This document shows, in pieces, positions 38,712-50,700 of a stretch of DNA of 64,000 nt. Location: the NCBI RefSeq assembly GCF_009834535.1, contig NC_045696.1:104162001-104226000 (forward strand). Direction: 5' to 3'. Source of the DNA: Camelus ferus. Lineage: Eukaryota. The notes beneath the pieces are model-generated. The model ran no database searches. It worked only from the letters and a program-made list of their open reading frames with translations, and was not told the origin of the DNA. A program made the translations under genes and the position numbers. Position 1 is the stretch's first letter. The number at the start of each line of letters is the position of its first letter.

Positions 38712-40070
38712 TGCAATGACTTCTGACACTAATCACCCAGAGTTCAGCCAGACTTCATGAGTGAAGACACAGTGTTCCACAGACTGGCCTCACTTCAGAT
38801 ACCAGCCAAAGCTGGGGGTTTACAGGGACCACCTTGCTTCTGAATAACTGGCTATAGATTTGAGGGTTCTCATGACCTGAACAGGTTTGCTAATTTGCTA
38901 GTGAGTCTCAGCTCAGGAAAGTGGTATAGTTACAATTACAGTTTAATTATAAGAAAAGGGATACAAGTCAGCACCAGTCAAAAGAAGACATGCATAGGGT
39001 GAGGTCTGGGAGGATCCCCAGTGGGAGGCTTACCATGTTCTCTCCCTGTGACATCAGGACAAATCACTCTCCCAGCACACTGATGTGTACTGATATGCAC
39101 AGAGTGTTGCCAACCAGGGAAACTCACTCAAGTTACATTTTATTGGGTTTTAATTGGGACTTCATTACATAGGCATGGTGGATTGAATCAATGGCCATGT
39201 GATTGAATTCAATCTTGTCTTTTCTCCTTCTCTTCCCTGGAGTTCTGGTTGCTATTACCTGGTCAAAACTTCAACCCTTTAATCACATGGCTGGTCCTTC
39301 TATGTAGCCAGCCCCCATACTGAGTCATCTCCTTAATGTAAACTATCGAGGGGCTCATTGTCCGGGACAAAAACATTTTCCTCTGCTCTTCTAGATTCTC
39401 CTAATTTGTTTAAGAATTGAATTGCAGAAGGCAGATTAACAGGGGAAAACCAAACAAAAGTTTAATAACATGTGTACATGAGAGATACCCAAGAAAATGG
39501 AATAATGACTAAAATGGTTAAAGCTCTCACCTTAAATACCATCTTCAGCTAAAGACAAAAGAGGATATTAGGGGCAGTAGTTTGGTACATCAAAGGGGAG
39601 AAAAGGAATTCACATGGAGATGAAAAAGCAAATGTCAGGTAAACAAATGTTTGCTGGGCCATACAGAGACAATGGGACACACAGTGAACTCTGATCTCTG
39701 GGCCCAGCTGGGCCTCCCCCACTGCACCTCGCCTATATTCCTTGTAAATATTTCTGATGGTAGCTCTATTCTGAGAACAGGTCCTTTATATAAATTCTTT
39801 AAGGCAGTTAAAAGGGTAGTAACAAGGAAAACTTCCTGAGTCTTCTATTTCTTAAAAATAATCAACCAAATTAATCCTCATGCCAAACACATTTTGGGCA
39901 GCAAATTTTGCTCCCTTACATCACCATGAGTCATGTTAGCATAAGCTCAGGTGGTCTGAAGGACCATCGTGAATAACGAAGACATCCTAGCACTCAGGAG
40001 ATTCTCAGGCTTTAGAGGCTAACTTCCAGGAATGAGGGACAGTGACCAGCCAGATTCTTGATTATATTGG
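38712..40070. mobile_element. MER21-like LTR interrupted by an ERV1-type solo LTR at 39359-39920
   Basis: ttctgacactaatcacccagagtt...cacttcagataccagcc. The insert has TG...CA ends and tcat/tcac flanks. Confidence 0.75.
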
Positions 40071-40680
40071 AAATACTAATTCAGTTTTGAAAATATAAAT
40101 TGTATTTTTTCTTTAAGGTGTTAATTTAATTCATTAATACCTTTCCTAACTTTAAGCATATTTTGAATTCCTAATATAAACTCAACTTGATAATGAATAT
40201 ATTTTTCATGTGTTGCTGGATTCAGTTTGCCCATATTTTATGTATTTTTTTAATCTGTGTTAACGTTGATTATTTTATCAATATATGCTTTTGAGATCAA
40301 GGTTACAGTAGCTTCAAAGAGTAAGAATGGGAGTTTGAAATATTTGTTCCTGGAAAGTTTGGTAGAACTCACCTGTAAATCCATCTAGTCTGGCCTGTTG
40401 TTTAATTGTGGGGAAAATTTTGAACTGCTGACTTAGTTTCTTAAATGACTATACGTTGATTTAAATTTTCTAGTTGAGTCACTTTTATCAAGTTTGACTT
40501 TTCTGGAAATTTATTCATTTCATTTATATTTTAAAATTTACTGGTATAATATTATTCACAATATTATCTTATTCCTTTATTCTTTGAGTTTATTTAAAAT
40601 TTTATTTTGGAATAAATTCAAACTTACAGAAAAATTATAGGAATTATACTAAAGAAATGTATTCCTTACTTAGATTTGCC

Positions 40681-40830
40681 CTTTGTTTTGTTTTGTTTTA
40701 GAATGTTCTTTTCTGGGGAGGAGTTAATTAGGTTTATTTCTTTGTTTTTTGGAGGAGGTATTGGGGATTGAACCCAGAACCTCCTGCATGCTGAGCATGT
40801 GCTCTACCACTTGAGCTACACCCTTCCCTC
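40681..40830 (-). mobile_element. tRNA-Ala-like SINE
   Basis: gaggtattggggattgaacccagaacctcctgcatgctgagcatgtgctctaccacttgagctacaccc. Confidence 0.9.
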
Positions 40831-40882
40831 TTACCTACTGTTAATATATTGCCATATTTACTATAGCATTTCTCTTTCTCTC

Positions 40883-41310
40883 GTTAAAAAAACAAAATTC
40901 AGCTGAATAATTTTAAAGATCTAATTGACTTTATTCAACAGCTCATGAATTGGGCAGTATACCATCTAGTAAATAGAAGGGCACTCTGAGGGGATATACA
41001 AAATCAAAGGGTTTTATAAGCAGGAGGAGGGAGGGGCAGGGAGGCTATTAGCAAAAGAAAACAGAGAAATGTTTCCAGGTCATCTTCTGGACAAAGGGCA
41101 AGAGTCTGTCATACAGTTCATCTCTATTTCCTTTGAGGAGCTAGAGAGGTTGGTTTCATGCGACAGATAACCTCCTTGGTGCTGACCAGAAAATTCCAGA
41201 CTGGCTGATTAAGATTACATCCCTGGTGAAGGTCAATACTGCAAGTAGGTCAAGTATTAAACCTAGGTTTGATATTGTGAGCTTTAGTGCAAGTGATACC
41301 CCCCCACCCT
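40883..41310. mobile_element. ERV LTR relic; a related fragment lies at about 38370-38595
   Basis: 41163-41300 aligns by eye with 38445-38570 (cagat(a/t)acct...tgacca...aagatt(a/c)cat...ggtttg...gagctt). Confidence 0.55.
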
Positions 41311-41544
41311 ATTTTTTATTTTTTGATCCTGAATCATTTGAGACTAAGTTGAGGATATCATGTCCCTTCAAACCTTAGTACTTCAGTATTTATTTTCTGA
41401 GAATAAGGGCACTCTTTTACATAACCACAGGAAATTTAATGAATTCAGGAAATTTAGTATTTATCTAAGTGTTAGACAATTTGGTATTATCTAAAATACA
41501 GTTCACATTCTACTTTTGCTAGTTGTCCTAATAATGTCTTCTGT

Positions 41545-42097
41545 AGTGAAAGGGAGAATTTCTCACCCCAAAACTATGCCTCTTTGGCATAAAGATCAAT
41601 TTTAGGCTAATTACTTTAAGAAACAGCAGACATAGGAAAAGCTCTAAAAATGGAGTGGAAGTTACCCTTTTGTAAGAGACATTTACATTTATAAGAGAAA
41701 TCTGCATTTGTAGGGGCATCTCCTTGTCTCTTTAGACCAGAAAGAGGATGACTCTAAATCTCAGGAAACTCTTATCAATAGAGAAAGCAATGATGTAAAT
41801 CTGTATAACAACTTTATAATTGTCTACTGTGCTTTTCTTAGTCACCCCCATAAGTGGCCTCTCCCCTCCCCTGTCCCAATATATTGTTTTGTCTTTAGCT
41901 AGAGATGGTATTTAAGGAGTGGCTTGGGCCATTCCTTCAGGTGTTACTCAGTTTTCCTGGATATCTTCCATGTATACATGAAATATATATTATTAAAATT
42001 CTGTTTGTTTTTTGCCTGTTAATCTGTGTTTTACTACAGAGTGTCTTAGCCATGAACCTAGAAAGGTAGAGGGGAAAATAATTTTTCCTCCCTTGTG
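41545..42097 (+). mobile_element. ERV1-type solo LTR related to 39359-39920, opposite orientation
   Basis: Shared reverse-complement blocks, e.g. ttttgtctttagctagagatggtatttaagg versus ccttaaataccatcttcagctaaagacaaaa. Confidence 0.75.
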
Positions 42098-42782
42098 TTA
42101 TACATTGCATGTAGTTGTCATTGTTCTTAGATTTCATTTAATCTTGAATAGTCTCTTGGAGAGTCCTTGGTCCTTTGTGAAATTTACATTTTGGAAAGGA
42201 CAGGATGGTTGTTCTATACATGTCTCTCATGTTGAACTTGTCTCATGTTCCTTGTGGGAGATTTGAGTTATGTATTTTTTTTTGTAGGATTACTACAAAA
42301 TATTGTTTGCTTCTCATTGCATAACGTCATGAGTCAATTGATGATTTATTATGTTAACTTGGGTCACTTGGTTAAGGTGATGCCCAACAGTTTCCTCCTC
42401 TGTAAAGTAACTATTTTACTTTCTGTATTAAATAAGTAATTTGTGGGAGGTACTTTGAAAAAAATGGTGGCACTATCTTTTTCCTAATCAAACTTTCACA
42501 CATGAGTTGCCTGCATCAATCATTACAATGATGCTTGCAAAAGTGATTTTTCTAACACGTTCATTTCTTCTATATTTATTAGTTGGCAGTCTCTTTAAGG
42601 AAGAGTGTTCCCTTCTCCAGTTATTTATCTTAGTCCTTTCAAATCTCAGCAGCACCCTTAGTTCTGTCTTCTTTTTAATTTGTAATATTGTTTATTTGTT
42701 CTTTCTCCTTTTCTGGTCCAATCTTGCTAGGATTTTATATATTTTATTACTTTTCAAAGAACCAACTTTTTGATTTGCTGAC

Positions 42783-45560
42783 TGCCTTAGGTTTGGTTCC
42801 CTCAGAAGCAGACAATCTGTGGCTGGCAGATAATGGTGCCGGCTAATGTGCTTAGAACAGAAAAGGCAAACACATAATCAGAATATGTGTCATTTCTGAG
42901 TAAAGATGAGTTGTTGCCCCCTCCAGGGTAGAAGAGGTCTAAGATAATGAACTTGACACCAAATGACTGCTTATGTCCCTGAGGGATGGTACCATATCAA
43001 GGGCTCAGCATTGGCCTGTACTGCTGATGGTCAGGCATTCAGCAGTGGTGGTAGCTAGATCAGCCTTGGTGAGAGGCAGTGCATCATGTCAGACCACCAT
43101 GACTAGTGCATTCATTTATGAAACTCTTTGCAAGGATCGAGGTGGCTGAGGACAGAAGCTCACTGCCATTCACTGGATGAGTCATCGTATCCATCTGTTT
43201 ATTCAGTGCTTCTTCTGCTACTCATGCTCTCTGGAGAGCATTGATGTGTGACAGAAAGACCCACACAATATTTGCCTATTCCCTATCTCCAAACACATGC
43301 CTGGTTCTCACACATCCTCATTCCCACTCTTCCAGTCTTGATCCTTCCAGGCCCCTGACCAAGCAGCCAAACCATTTGCCATTACCTGGAAGTCTTTTTG
43401 TATCCTTATTTCAGGCCACTTCTTCCTCCACACAAGGTAGATGACTAATTGTACTTTAAATGCTGCCCTCCAGGAGGATTTTCCCTCACCACTCCTTCTC
43501 AGGGCCATTCTGTGTAGCAGCAGTTTATTATTATGTTTACCAACATACTGTGCTGACCTAACTATTATCAGGCCTTTTTTGTAGGAGTACTCTTGTGTCA
43601 ATTGGTTACAGAGAAATCCCTCAGGGGCCATTGTTGTGGGCTGATGGTAAGGCACCAGTGTAAGAGAGGGAGGGTACCTGGCACCTGGACCACCTGTTAA
43701 TACAATTTTCTTGTTTCCTCCATACTGGCTTGAGTCTGATTCCAAAAACATTCTTCTCATTGTATGACAGACTGTAATTGTGCCTGCCTCAGCTTGCGAT
43801 TTAGTGGGTCTGAAAACTGCTCCAGTTTATTATGTTCTATGTTCAGACATTCAGTTTCTCTTGGGGTCCAGTAATGGGCCAGAAGCTGTTTTTTGAATGG
43901 CAAATGGTTCTGTACTGTAGCATGGCCTTGCTCCAGAACCTTAGGGGTCTGGGCTGCAACTCTCATCTAAAGTCTTGCCAGAGACTCCATACTAGCACAG
44001 ATGCCTCTAGCATCATTGGATCTGCCAGACCATATGCCCAAGCATTAGGGCCACTTGTACTACAGCCTGAGTCTACTGCAACACTCCCTCTTGCTCTGGG
44101 CCCCACTCAAAACTGGCAGCCTTCCATATTACCTGAAATGGGTCAGGCAGTATTCCCAAGTGCAGTACATGCTCTCTCAAAACCCAAAACAAGTGTTGTT
44201 TCTTTCTTAGTGTCAGGTGACACAAAGCACAGTAACTGGTCCTGTCCTTTGGAGGAAATGTTTGGCATATTCTAGAACATGGACTCCTAAAAACCTCAGT
44301 AGCTAGGCAGGTTTCTCAACCTTTGTTAGGGTTTGTCCCCCATTACCTGGTATAAATGCTTGTTTCCAGGATATTCAGAGTACTTGTCACTTCCTAGTTT
44401 CCATCTCCAATTAATGTGATCTCATCAATGTAATGGGCCAATCTGGAATGTAAAGAGGATCAAGATTCCTTCAAGTTATATTGTGACAGAGCAGGAGAGT
44501 TAATACAGCCTAAGAGCAAAACTGTAACTGTGCACTGCTGTCCATCCCAGGTGAACGGGAAGTGATTTGATCATCCTTCCTGATGGGACCAGATCAAAAG
44601 ATGCATTTCAGGTACCAGAGGCTGTGTTCATCTGCTCTAAAAAAGATATTGTATCTGGCATAGAATCTGCAAATGTGGCTGCCTATAGTTAAGTTTATGT
44701 AGTCTACTATCACCCACTGTTATCCATCTGGTTTTGCAGGGATTACATCAGTGAATTAAAGGGGCATATGTATCTTTAAGTCTTTGAGAATGGCACTCAT
44801 TTCTGTTATTCTACCTGGCATATTTGGGACCCCGGTATCAGTGTCAGCTCACAACTTGTTTACAACAGCACTGTAAAGGTCTGGGTATCTCACTTGCCCC
44901 AGTGTACAGCTGCTCTGATAAATGGCTGGAGGTCCCTTTGGGGGAAGAATTGGGAGAAATGCTACTATACTTAGTGAAAATTAATAAAAGGAAACCTCAG
45001 CTAAACTTGGAATCGGGAAGGCCTGTAGGGAGAGCTCTCATGCCCTATCCCTCATTGTCAGTTACCTCAACAGCAATCAATTACCCCAACAGGAAGATGT
45101 CAGGTACTGACCCCAACAGGAAGAGTGGTACCTTGCACTACCAAACAGGAAGTGCAACTACTTTACTCCCCTAGCAGGAGGAAGGAAGGCTTTTTTCTTG
45201 CCCAGCAACAAGCCCAGCCAATGGAACCGGCCACAGTTCAGCCAATGAGAAACTGTCCTCACTTGAACTTTTACTTTCCTCCAATGTACTTTCTTTTTTT
45301 TTCCTTACTGACGACCTCTTTCTCTTGTTCCAAAAGCCTGTATGTTGGGTAACTCCCTGCAGCATCTCTCTGTTTGCCAGATGAGATGTTGCTTGATTCA
45401 TGAGTCATTTAATAAAGCCAATTAGATCTTCAAATATAGTCAGTTAAATTTTGTCTTTTAACAGACTGTTGTGCAGACTTCTGTGGGATCTGGTCTCCCC
45501 TTTTATGGATGGGCTCTGGGTTTGAGCAGCATCTGCCTTCTCCTTAACGGTTTTTGCTCA
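42783..45560 (-). mobile_element. Decayed ERVL-type (HERV16/ERVL-like) provirus: LTR stub plus protease, RT and RNase H relics
   Basis: Minus-strand translations: VHWGK*DTQTFTVLL*TSCELTLIPG (protease, about 44825-44908); LLGCINSPAL and LAHYIDE (RT LPQG/YIDD region, about 44421-44520); PFKKQLLAHYW..ETECL; SGEGKSSWRAA...WPEIRI...MANGLAAWSGAWKDQDWK (RNase H). Confidence 0.85.
44972..45463 (+). mobile_element. ERV1-type solo LTR inserted in the ERVL relic
   Basis: Repeated aacaggaag units, two agccaatg boxes, aataaa at 45411 and a terminal ttaaca. ERVL-like sequence lies on both sides. Confidence 0.75.
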
Positions 45561-45571
45561 GTTTTGGTTAC

Positions 45572-45705
45572 ACAGTCATCCCTTGGAATCTGCAAAGGAT
45601 TGGTTCCAGGACTCCTGTGGACACCAAAATCCATGGATGCTCAAATCTCTTAGTCAACCCTCCATACCTGTGGATTTTGCATCTGCAGGAAGGGAGGGTT
45701 GACTG
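45572..45705. mobile_element. MER2-like TcMar-Tigger MITE
   Basis: TIRs cagtcatccct...agggttgactg; internal ggattggttccaggac...accaaaatccatggatgctcaa. Confidence 0.8.
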
Positions 45706-47069
45706 TGCTAGTGAAGTGCAGATCCTTGTTATTAGTGGTTTTCTTAATTTGTCACCTAATATAACAAAGCCAGAAATTACACAATTACTTAGCTCTCCTC
45801 CTAAATCTTAGTTTACTCTAACATTAATCACTTTCATCTGTTTCTGTTCAGTATTTTAAATCTATTTTGTATTATTATGTTAACCCCTCATTATACATTA
45901 TTTATTATTCTTTAATATAACTGATACTTATTTAGATTTACTGATATATTTCCTAATTTCTTTGCTCACCATTTCTTCCAGCACATCAGTCCTTCCTCCT
46001 GGGATCACTTCCCTTCTTCCTAAAATGCATCATTTGGAAATATTTTTGTGAAAATCTGTTGGGAATCTGAGTTATCACCATTTTTATTTGTCTGACAATA
46101 CCTTCACCACCTTCTTTTCTTTTCATGAACTTTTATATTGAGTGATAACGTACATACAGTAAAGTGCACAATATTAAGTATACAGCTCATGGATTGTTTC
46201 CAAGGGCAGACACCCATCCAGCTCCCCAGAAGCCTCTCTCCTGTACTCTTCTGCTATTCCTCACCCCAAAGGTAACCATTTTTCTCACTTTTATCACCAA
46301 TGAGTCGTTTTGGCTGTTTTTTTATATAAATGGAATCATCCATTAGATACCATTTTGTTTCTGGCCTCCTTCATTCAACATTTATGTCCATGAGATTCAT
46401 CCGTGTGATGTGTAGCGGTGATTCACTTTCTGTTTTTATTCTTTTATTCTTTCCCTGAACAGTCAGCTGTTTTTTCGTGGGTCACTATTTCACCCAAGTC
46501 AGTCAACGCCCATCTTAAGACATGGCTCCAGGCTCCAAGTGGCCTGACTAACCCACAGACCAAGGGGATATTTTTGTCTGGAGTTGGACTCGGTGGTACC
46601 TGCTTCCACAGGGCATCCGTCTTCATCACGCCGATCCTCGTGTTGAGTTTGTGGACAGTCAGCTCCTTTACAGGCAGATATTTTTTCCTTAAAAACTGCT
46701 GCCTCCTTTCTTTTGTTTCTGTAGACCTGAGTGTCTGTCTTTATATTTACTCTTGCTAAAATTCACCGTTGGTTTTCTTTTTGGACCACCTTTTCTTCAT
46801 GGGGAGAAGCACTGAGCCTTTACTTGAGTTCCAGCCTGGGATGGAGGAGGAGCCAAGAATCAGCGGAGTCAGGTGGGCTGGGTTCCAACTTCAGTGATGT
46901 CACACAGAGAGTGTCACTGAACTTTACTGAGTCTCAGCTCCTTTGTTTATCAAATCTAAACCCCAAGGGGGTCTGTCTTGTTAATCCCAGCATCCTTAGT
47001 GCCTGGCATAGTGTCTGACACATATTAGGTGCTCAGTAAATGCTAGTTGACTATATTTATGGATGAAGG

Positions 47070-47768
47070 TGTTACTGAAAACTCAGGTCTGGCTGCTCAC
47101 TGCTTGAAAGCCAATACAAAGAGAGGCATATGTTGGTAGAAAGGAAAGTTTTTATTCTGAAGGCTGGTAAGGAGCAGGGAGAGTGGATTTCTGTCCAAAG
47201 GCGAACTCCCCCTCCCCTGACAATCAGTGGACAAGAGCTTTTAAAGGGGAGTTTCAGGGGTGTACAGGTGAAGGGAGGGTGCTGGCCGCAGAACAGCACA
47301 GTCAGCTCTGACCGTCATCTTGAAGTTAGTCATGTGGTGTCTGATCAGCATCACCTTGGTTGTTTTAAGTGCAGTTAATCTTCAGTTCCAGGGTCAGTTT
47401 GTTCCCATCTCTTTGAGGCCAGTTCTCAGAATTGTGCCAGTTTATGTCATGGCTACAGTCTGGTCATCATGTAATTAACTTCATCCACGTGCTGGGGGTT
47501 TCAGTATCTACAAGACAGCTCAAAGGATACGGCTCAGGATGTTATCTACAGCCCCTGAGGAGGAACTAAAGGTCTTTGACTTTGTTTAATGAATAAACTG
47601 TTATTATTTTGTTTTGCTTGGCTGTTTCCCTTTGTTTCTGTATTTTCTTATTTCTCTGATTAAACTTATTCTTTGGCTAAAGTTTTTCTACAGACAAGAG
47701 ACAGGGGGGACATGGGGTGGGGGTGGGGTCTGTCCTGGGAAGGCCCTATAGGGTTCTGCTCTGTTTCA
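47070..47768 (-). mobile_element. ERV1-type solo LTR (about 700 bp)
   Basis: TGTTAC...GTTTCA ends; 4-bp flanks aagg/aacg; minus-strand AATAAA near 47150. Confidence 0.8.
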
Positions 47769-49854
47769 AACGTGATAGCACATACTTGGCAGGGGTATTG
47801 TGAGGTTTAGATAAAATACATATCAAGTGCTTAATACAGGGGCTAGGGCATGGGCGGTACTCAATCACAGGCAGATATTCTCATCAGAAAATGATTGCCT
47901 AGGCCAAGGTGCCTTGAGGGTTTCTACATTTTCCAGGCTGAAAAAGAGCATAAACCGTCATTTTGGGTTCTGGTGGATTATCAGCCTTAAACTGCCACAC
48001 AGTGCACCTTTACCATGCAGTCCCTCTCTACACAGGGTACATCTCGGTTGTCAAGCACTGTGCTATCCAACATGGTAGCCATTGGCCATGTGTGCCTATT
48101 TTAATTTAAATCAATTAAAATAAAAAACTCAGTTACTCAGTCACAATCACCACTCTGAATGCCCAGTAGCCACACGTAGCTGGTGCCTGGCATTTTGGAC
48201 AGTGCTCACCTAGAACATTTCCATCGTTGCAGGAAGCTTCTGTTGGGTAGAGCTGGCTGGAGTCCATGGTGGCTGAAAGTAATGTGGTAGAGTGTGGGGC
48301 AGGACCATAAATTAGGAGCTGAAATATAACTGTGACTTGACAAGCTCCTGAACCTCAGAAGATGGAGAAGGAAGGACAAGTCCTTGGGACATTTTGGAGA
48401 AAGAATGAACTTTGCAGCAGGGTGAGGAAGGTGCACAGGCTCTGGAGGTTGGCAAGGTTGAAATCCTGGCTTCGTAGCTCTGCAGCTGTGGTGAGCAGCC
48501 GCTTAATGCCTCCAAGCCATTATCTTACTTGTAAAATGGCAGTAATAGCATCGACCTCACAAAGTGGTTGGGAGCATTAAATAAAGATGAATTGATTAAG
48601 TAGAAAGGCTTAGGACAAGGAGAGTCATGAGTAGGGCACACAGATGGTAGTCGTGATGTTATTAAGGTTCTGGTTTGCAGTCTGGGGGAAGTGGTGTTGA
48701 TGGATAGAAGCATCTCTCACTGCACATTTCCTTTCAGGACTACCCCCTCCTCCCCCTGCCCCCAGAAACTCCAGTGCCCTCTTTCTCCAGAGGCCCCAGT
48801 GCTGTAGACCTCTGTGTGGTCTCCCTGGCAAAGTCCCAAATATTGGACTCTTTTCCAGTCAATATCAAACTTCCCTCTCTTGGGTTACACTCCCAAATCT
48901 GCAAGATGACTTACAATAATCAAGTTTTAGGTTGGAAAAGACCAAAATAGTTATGATGTCCCCTCTCCCCTCAACATGATGCTTGAAGCCATTTGACTGT
49001 AAGATTATCTAGATAATTCTAATAATAACTTCCATTGCAGAAGTTCTTCTGTTTGCTAGGACTGTGTCAGCCACTTTGCATAAGCTGTCCTGTGGCCATA
49101 TGTTGTCCCCTTTTCCCAGAGGAGGACACTGGGGTTCAGTGAGATGCAGAGAGTCTCTCGTTACCCCCTCAGAGGGTAAGACATCAAAGATTTCTTCAGC
49201 TTGGTCATTTCTCTGTTAGTTTTTGTTTGTTTGTTTGCTTTGTTTTATGCTGTTCCCTGTTTTCCCTGGAATTAGATGTCAGCAGGCTTCACAGGAAGTG
49301 TGACAAGAGGGACATCCTTGCTCATGAGGTAGCCAGGCTGAGGGTGAAGGCCATAGGGCAGATAGAGGGGCAGCCAACCTCCTGGGGTCTGTAAGGAAGG
49401 GGAAGAGCGAGCAGGGAGTGGTCCTGCTGGGGCACAGTGTGGGCTCTGTGCTCCCTCATGTCTTGGACCTGCAGGAGGAGGCTGACCTTCAGCACAGGCA
49501 GTGGAGGCAGTCCTTACAGGTCTTTATGCTTTACAGGTCACATGCTGTTTTTCCACCACCCTAATTCCAATTCTCGTTATATTTCTCTTTACACAATTGA
49601 TATCTTTTATTCCCCTCACTACTGTGAGTAAGATATTATTTCCTTTGTGGATGTTAAAAACAAAGCTCAGAGGAGTGAAGTGATTTTTGCACATAGTAAG
49701 TGGTGGACCTGGGATTTGAACTCATGACTTTCATATGATGCTCTCCTGATTTTTGAATGAAATTCTGACAATATTTTTTCTATAATAAGTATTACTTTAA
49801 TTCAGTCTTTTGTAACTTCAAGGAAGTTCCCTGTGCCTGTTAATACATCTTTTT

Positions 49855-50002
49855 TTTTAAATTGAAGTATAGTCAGTTTACAAAGTATCAATTTCCGGTG
49901 TACAGCATAATAGTTCAGTCATACATATATGTACATATATTCATTTTCATATTCTTTTTCATTATAGGTTACTACAAGATATCGACTATAGTTTCCAGTG
50001 CT
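49855..50002 (-). mobile_element. Young L1 3' stub with TSD
   Basis: atacatcttttt at 49843-49854 and 50003-50014. Confidence 0.85.
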
Positions 50003-50289
50003 ATACATCTTTTTAAAGATTTTCATCTTTAACATTTGGTTGAGTTAGTGGCACTGAAGTAAATCTTGCCAGCAGGTGGCGACACAAAACCAGTAACTCA
50101 GGATCCAGATCAGTGCTGTATCTTCGGCAGGGTGGCTGTCTGGCTTTATCTTGTGATTTCTGGGCTACAGGATTCTTCACCCCTGCTACCGGGGGGCTCA
50201 CCTTGGTTTCCTAAGGTCCTCAGGACAAAGTCTTCACGCCTTAACCCTGTTCAGCCCTTCCTTGTCTGATGAGTGTCTGAGTCCCTGCT

Positions 50290-50700
50290 TCTTTTGCCCT
50301 CTTTCTGCTCCCTGCCTCCTGGCTTAATGCGCCTCACCCACCTTGCTCTTCCACATTCCTGGCCTTTGTTCTTGCTGATCACTCTGCCTGGAGGACCCCT
50401 TCCCTCTTCCCTCATCTGGCTGGTTAATTTCTTCTCATCCTTGGGGATACAGTGCAAAGCACGCCCAGAGGAGACCCTCTCTGGCAGCTCCTCCCCCAAC
50501 CCACTCAGGCTGGGTGAGGCCTGGTCACCATGCATCTGCCTGTCCCAGCACTGGTGTCCCCAGGTCCTACTCTTTTCTGCTTGGCTGCCTTCCTCCGAGA
50601 TAGCCCCCTTGAGGGTAGGCACTGTGTCTATCCATCTTGGTTTTTTCCTAGTGCCAGGCATGGAGAAGAAAATTGTTGATGGATAAATGAACAAATGAGT
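50290..50700 (+). mobile_element. L2 3' end
   Basis: ccttgagggtaggcactgtgtc...ccctagtgccaggcatgg...ttgttgatggataaatgaac. Confidence 0.75.

Noticed and set aside
45080..45185. Spaced short repeats as a CRISPR-like array
   Set aside because: Eukaryotic context, 9-13-bp degenerate units inside an LTR, and no cas genes.
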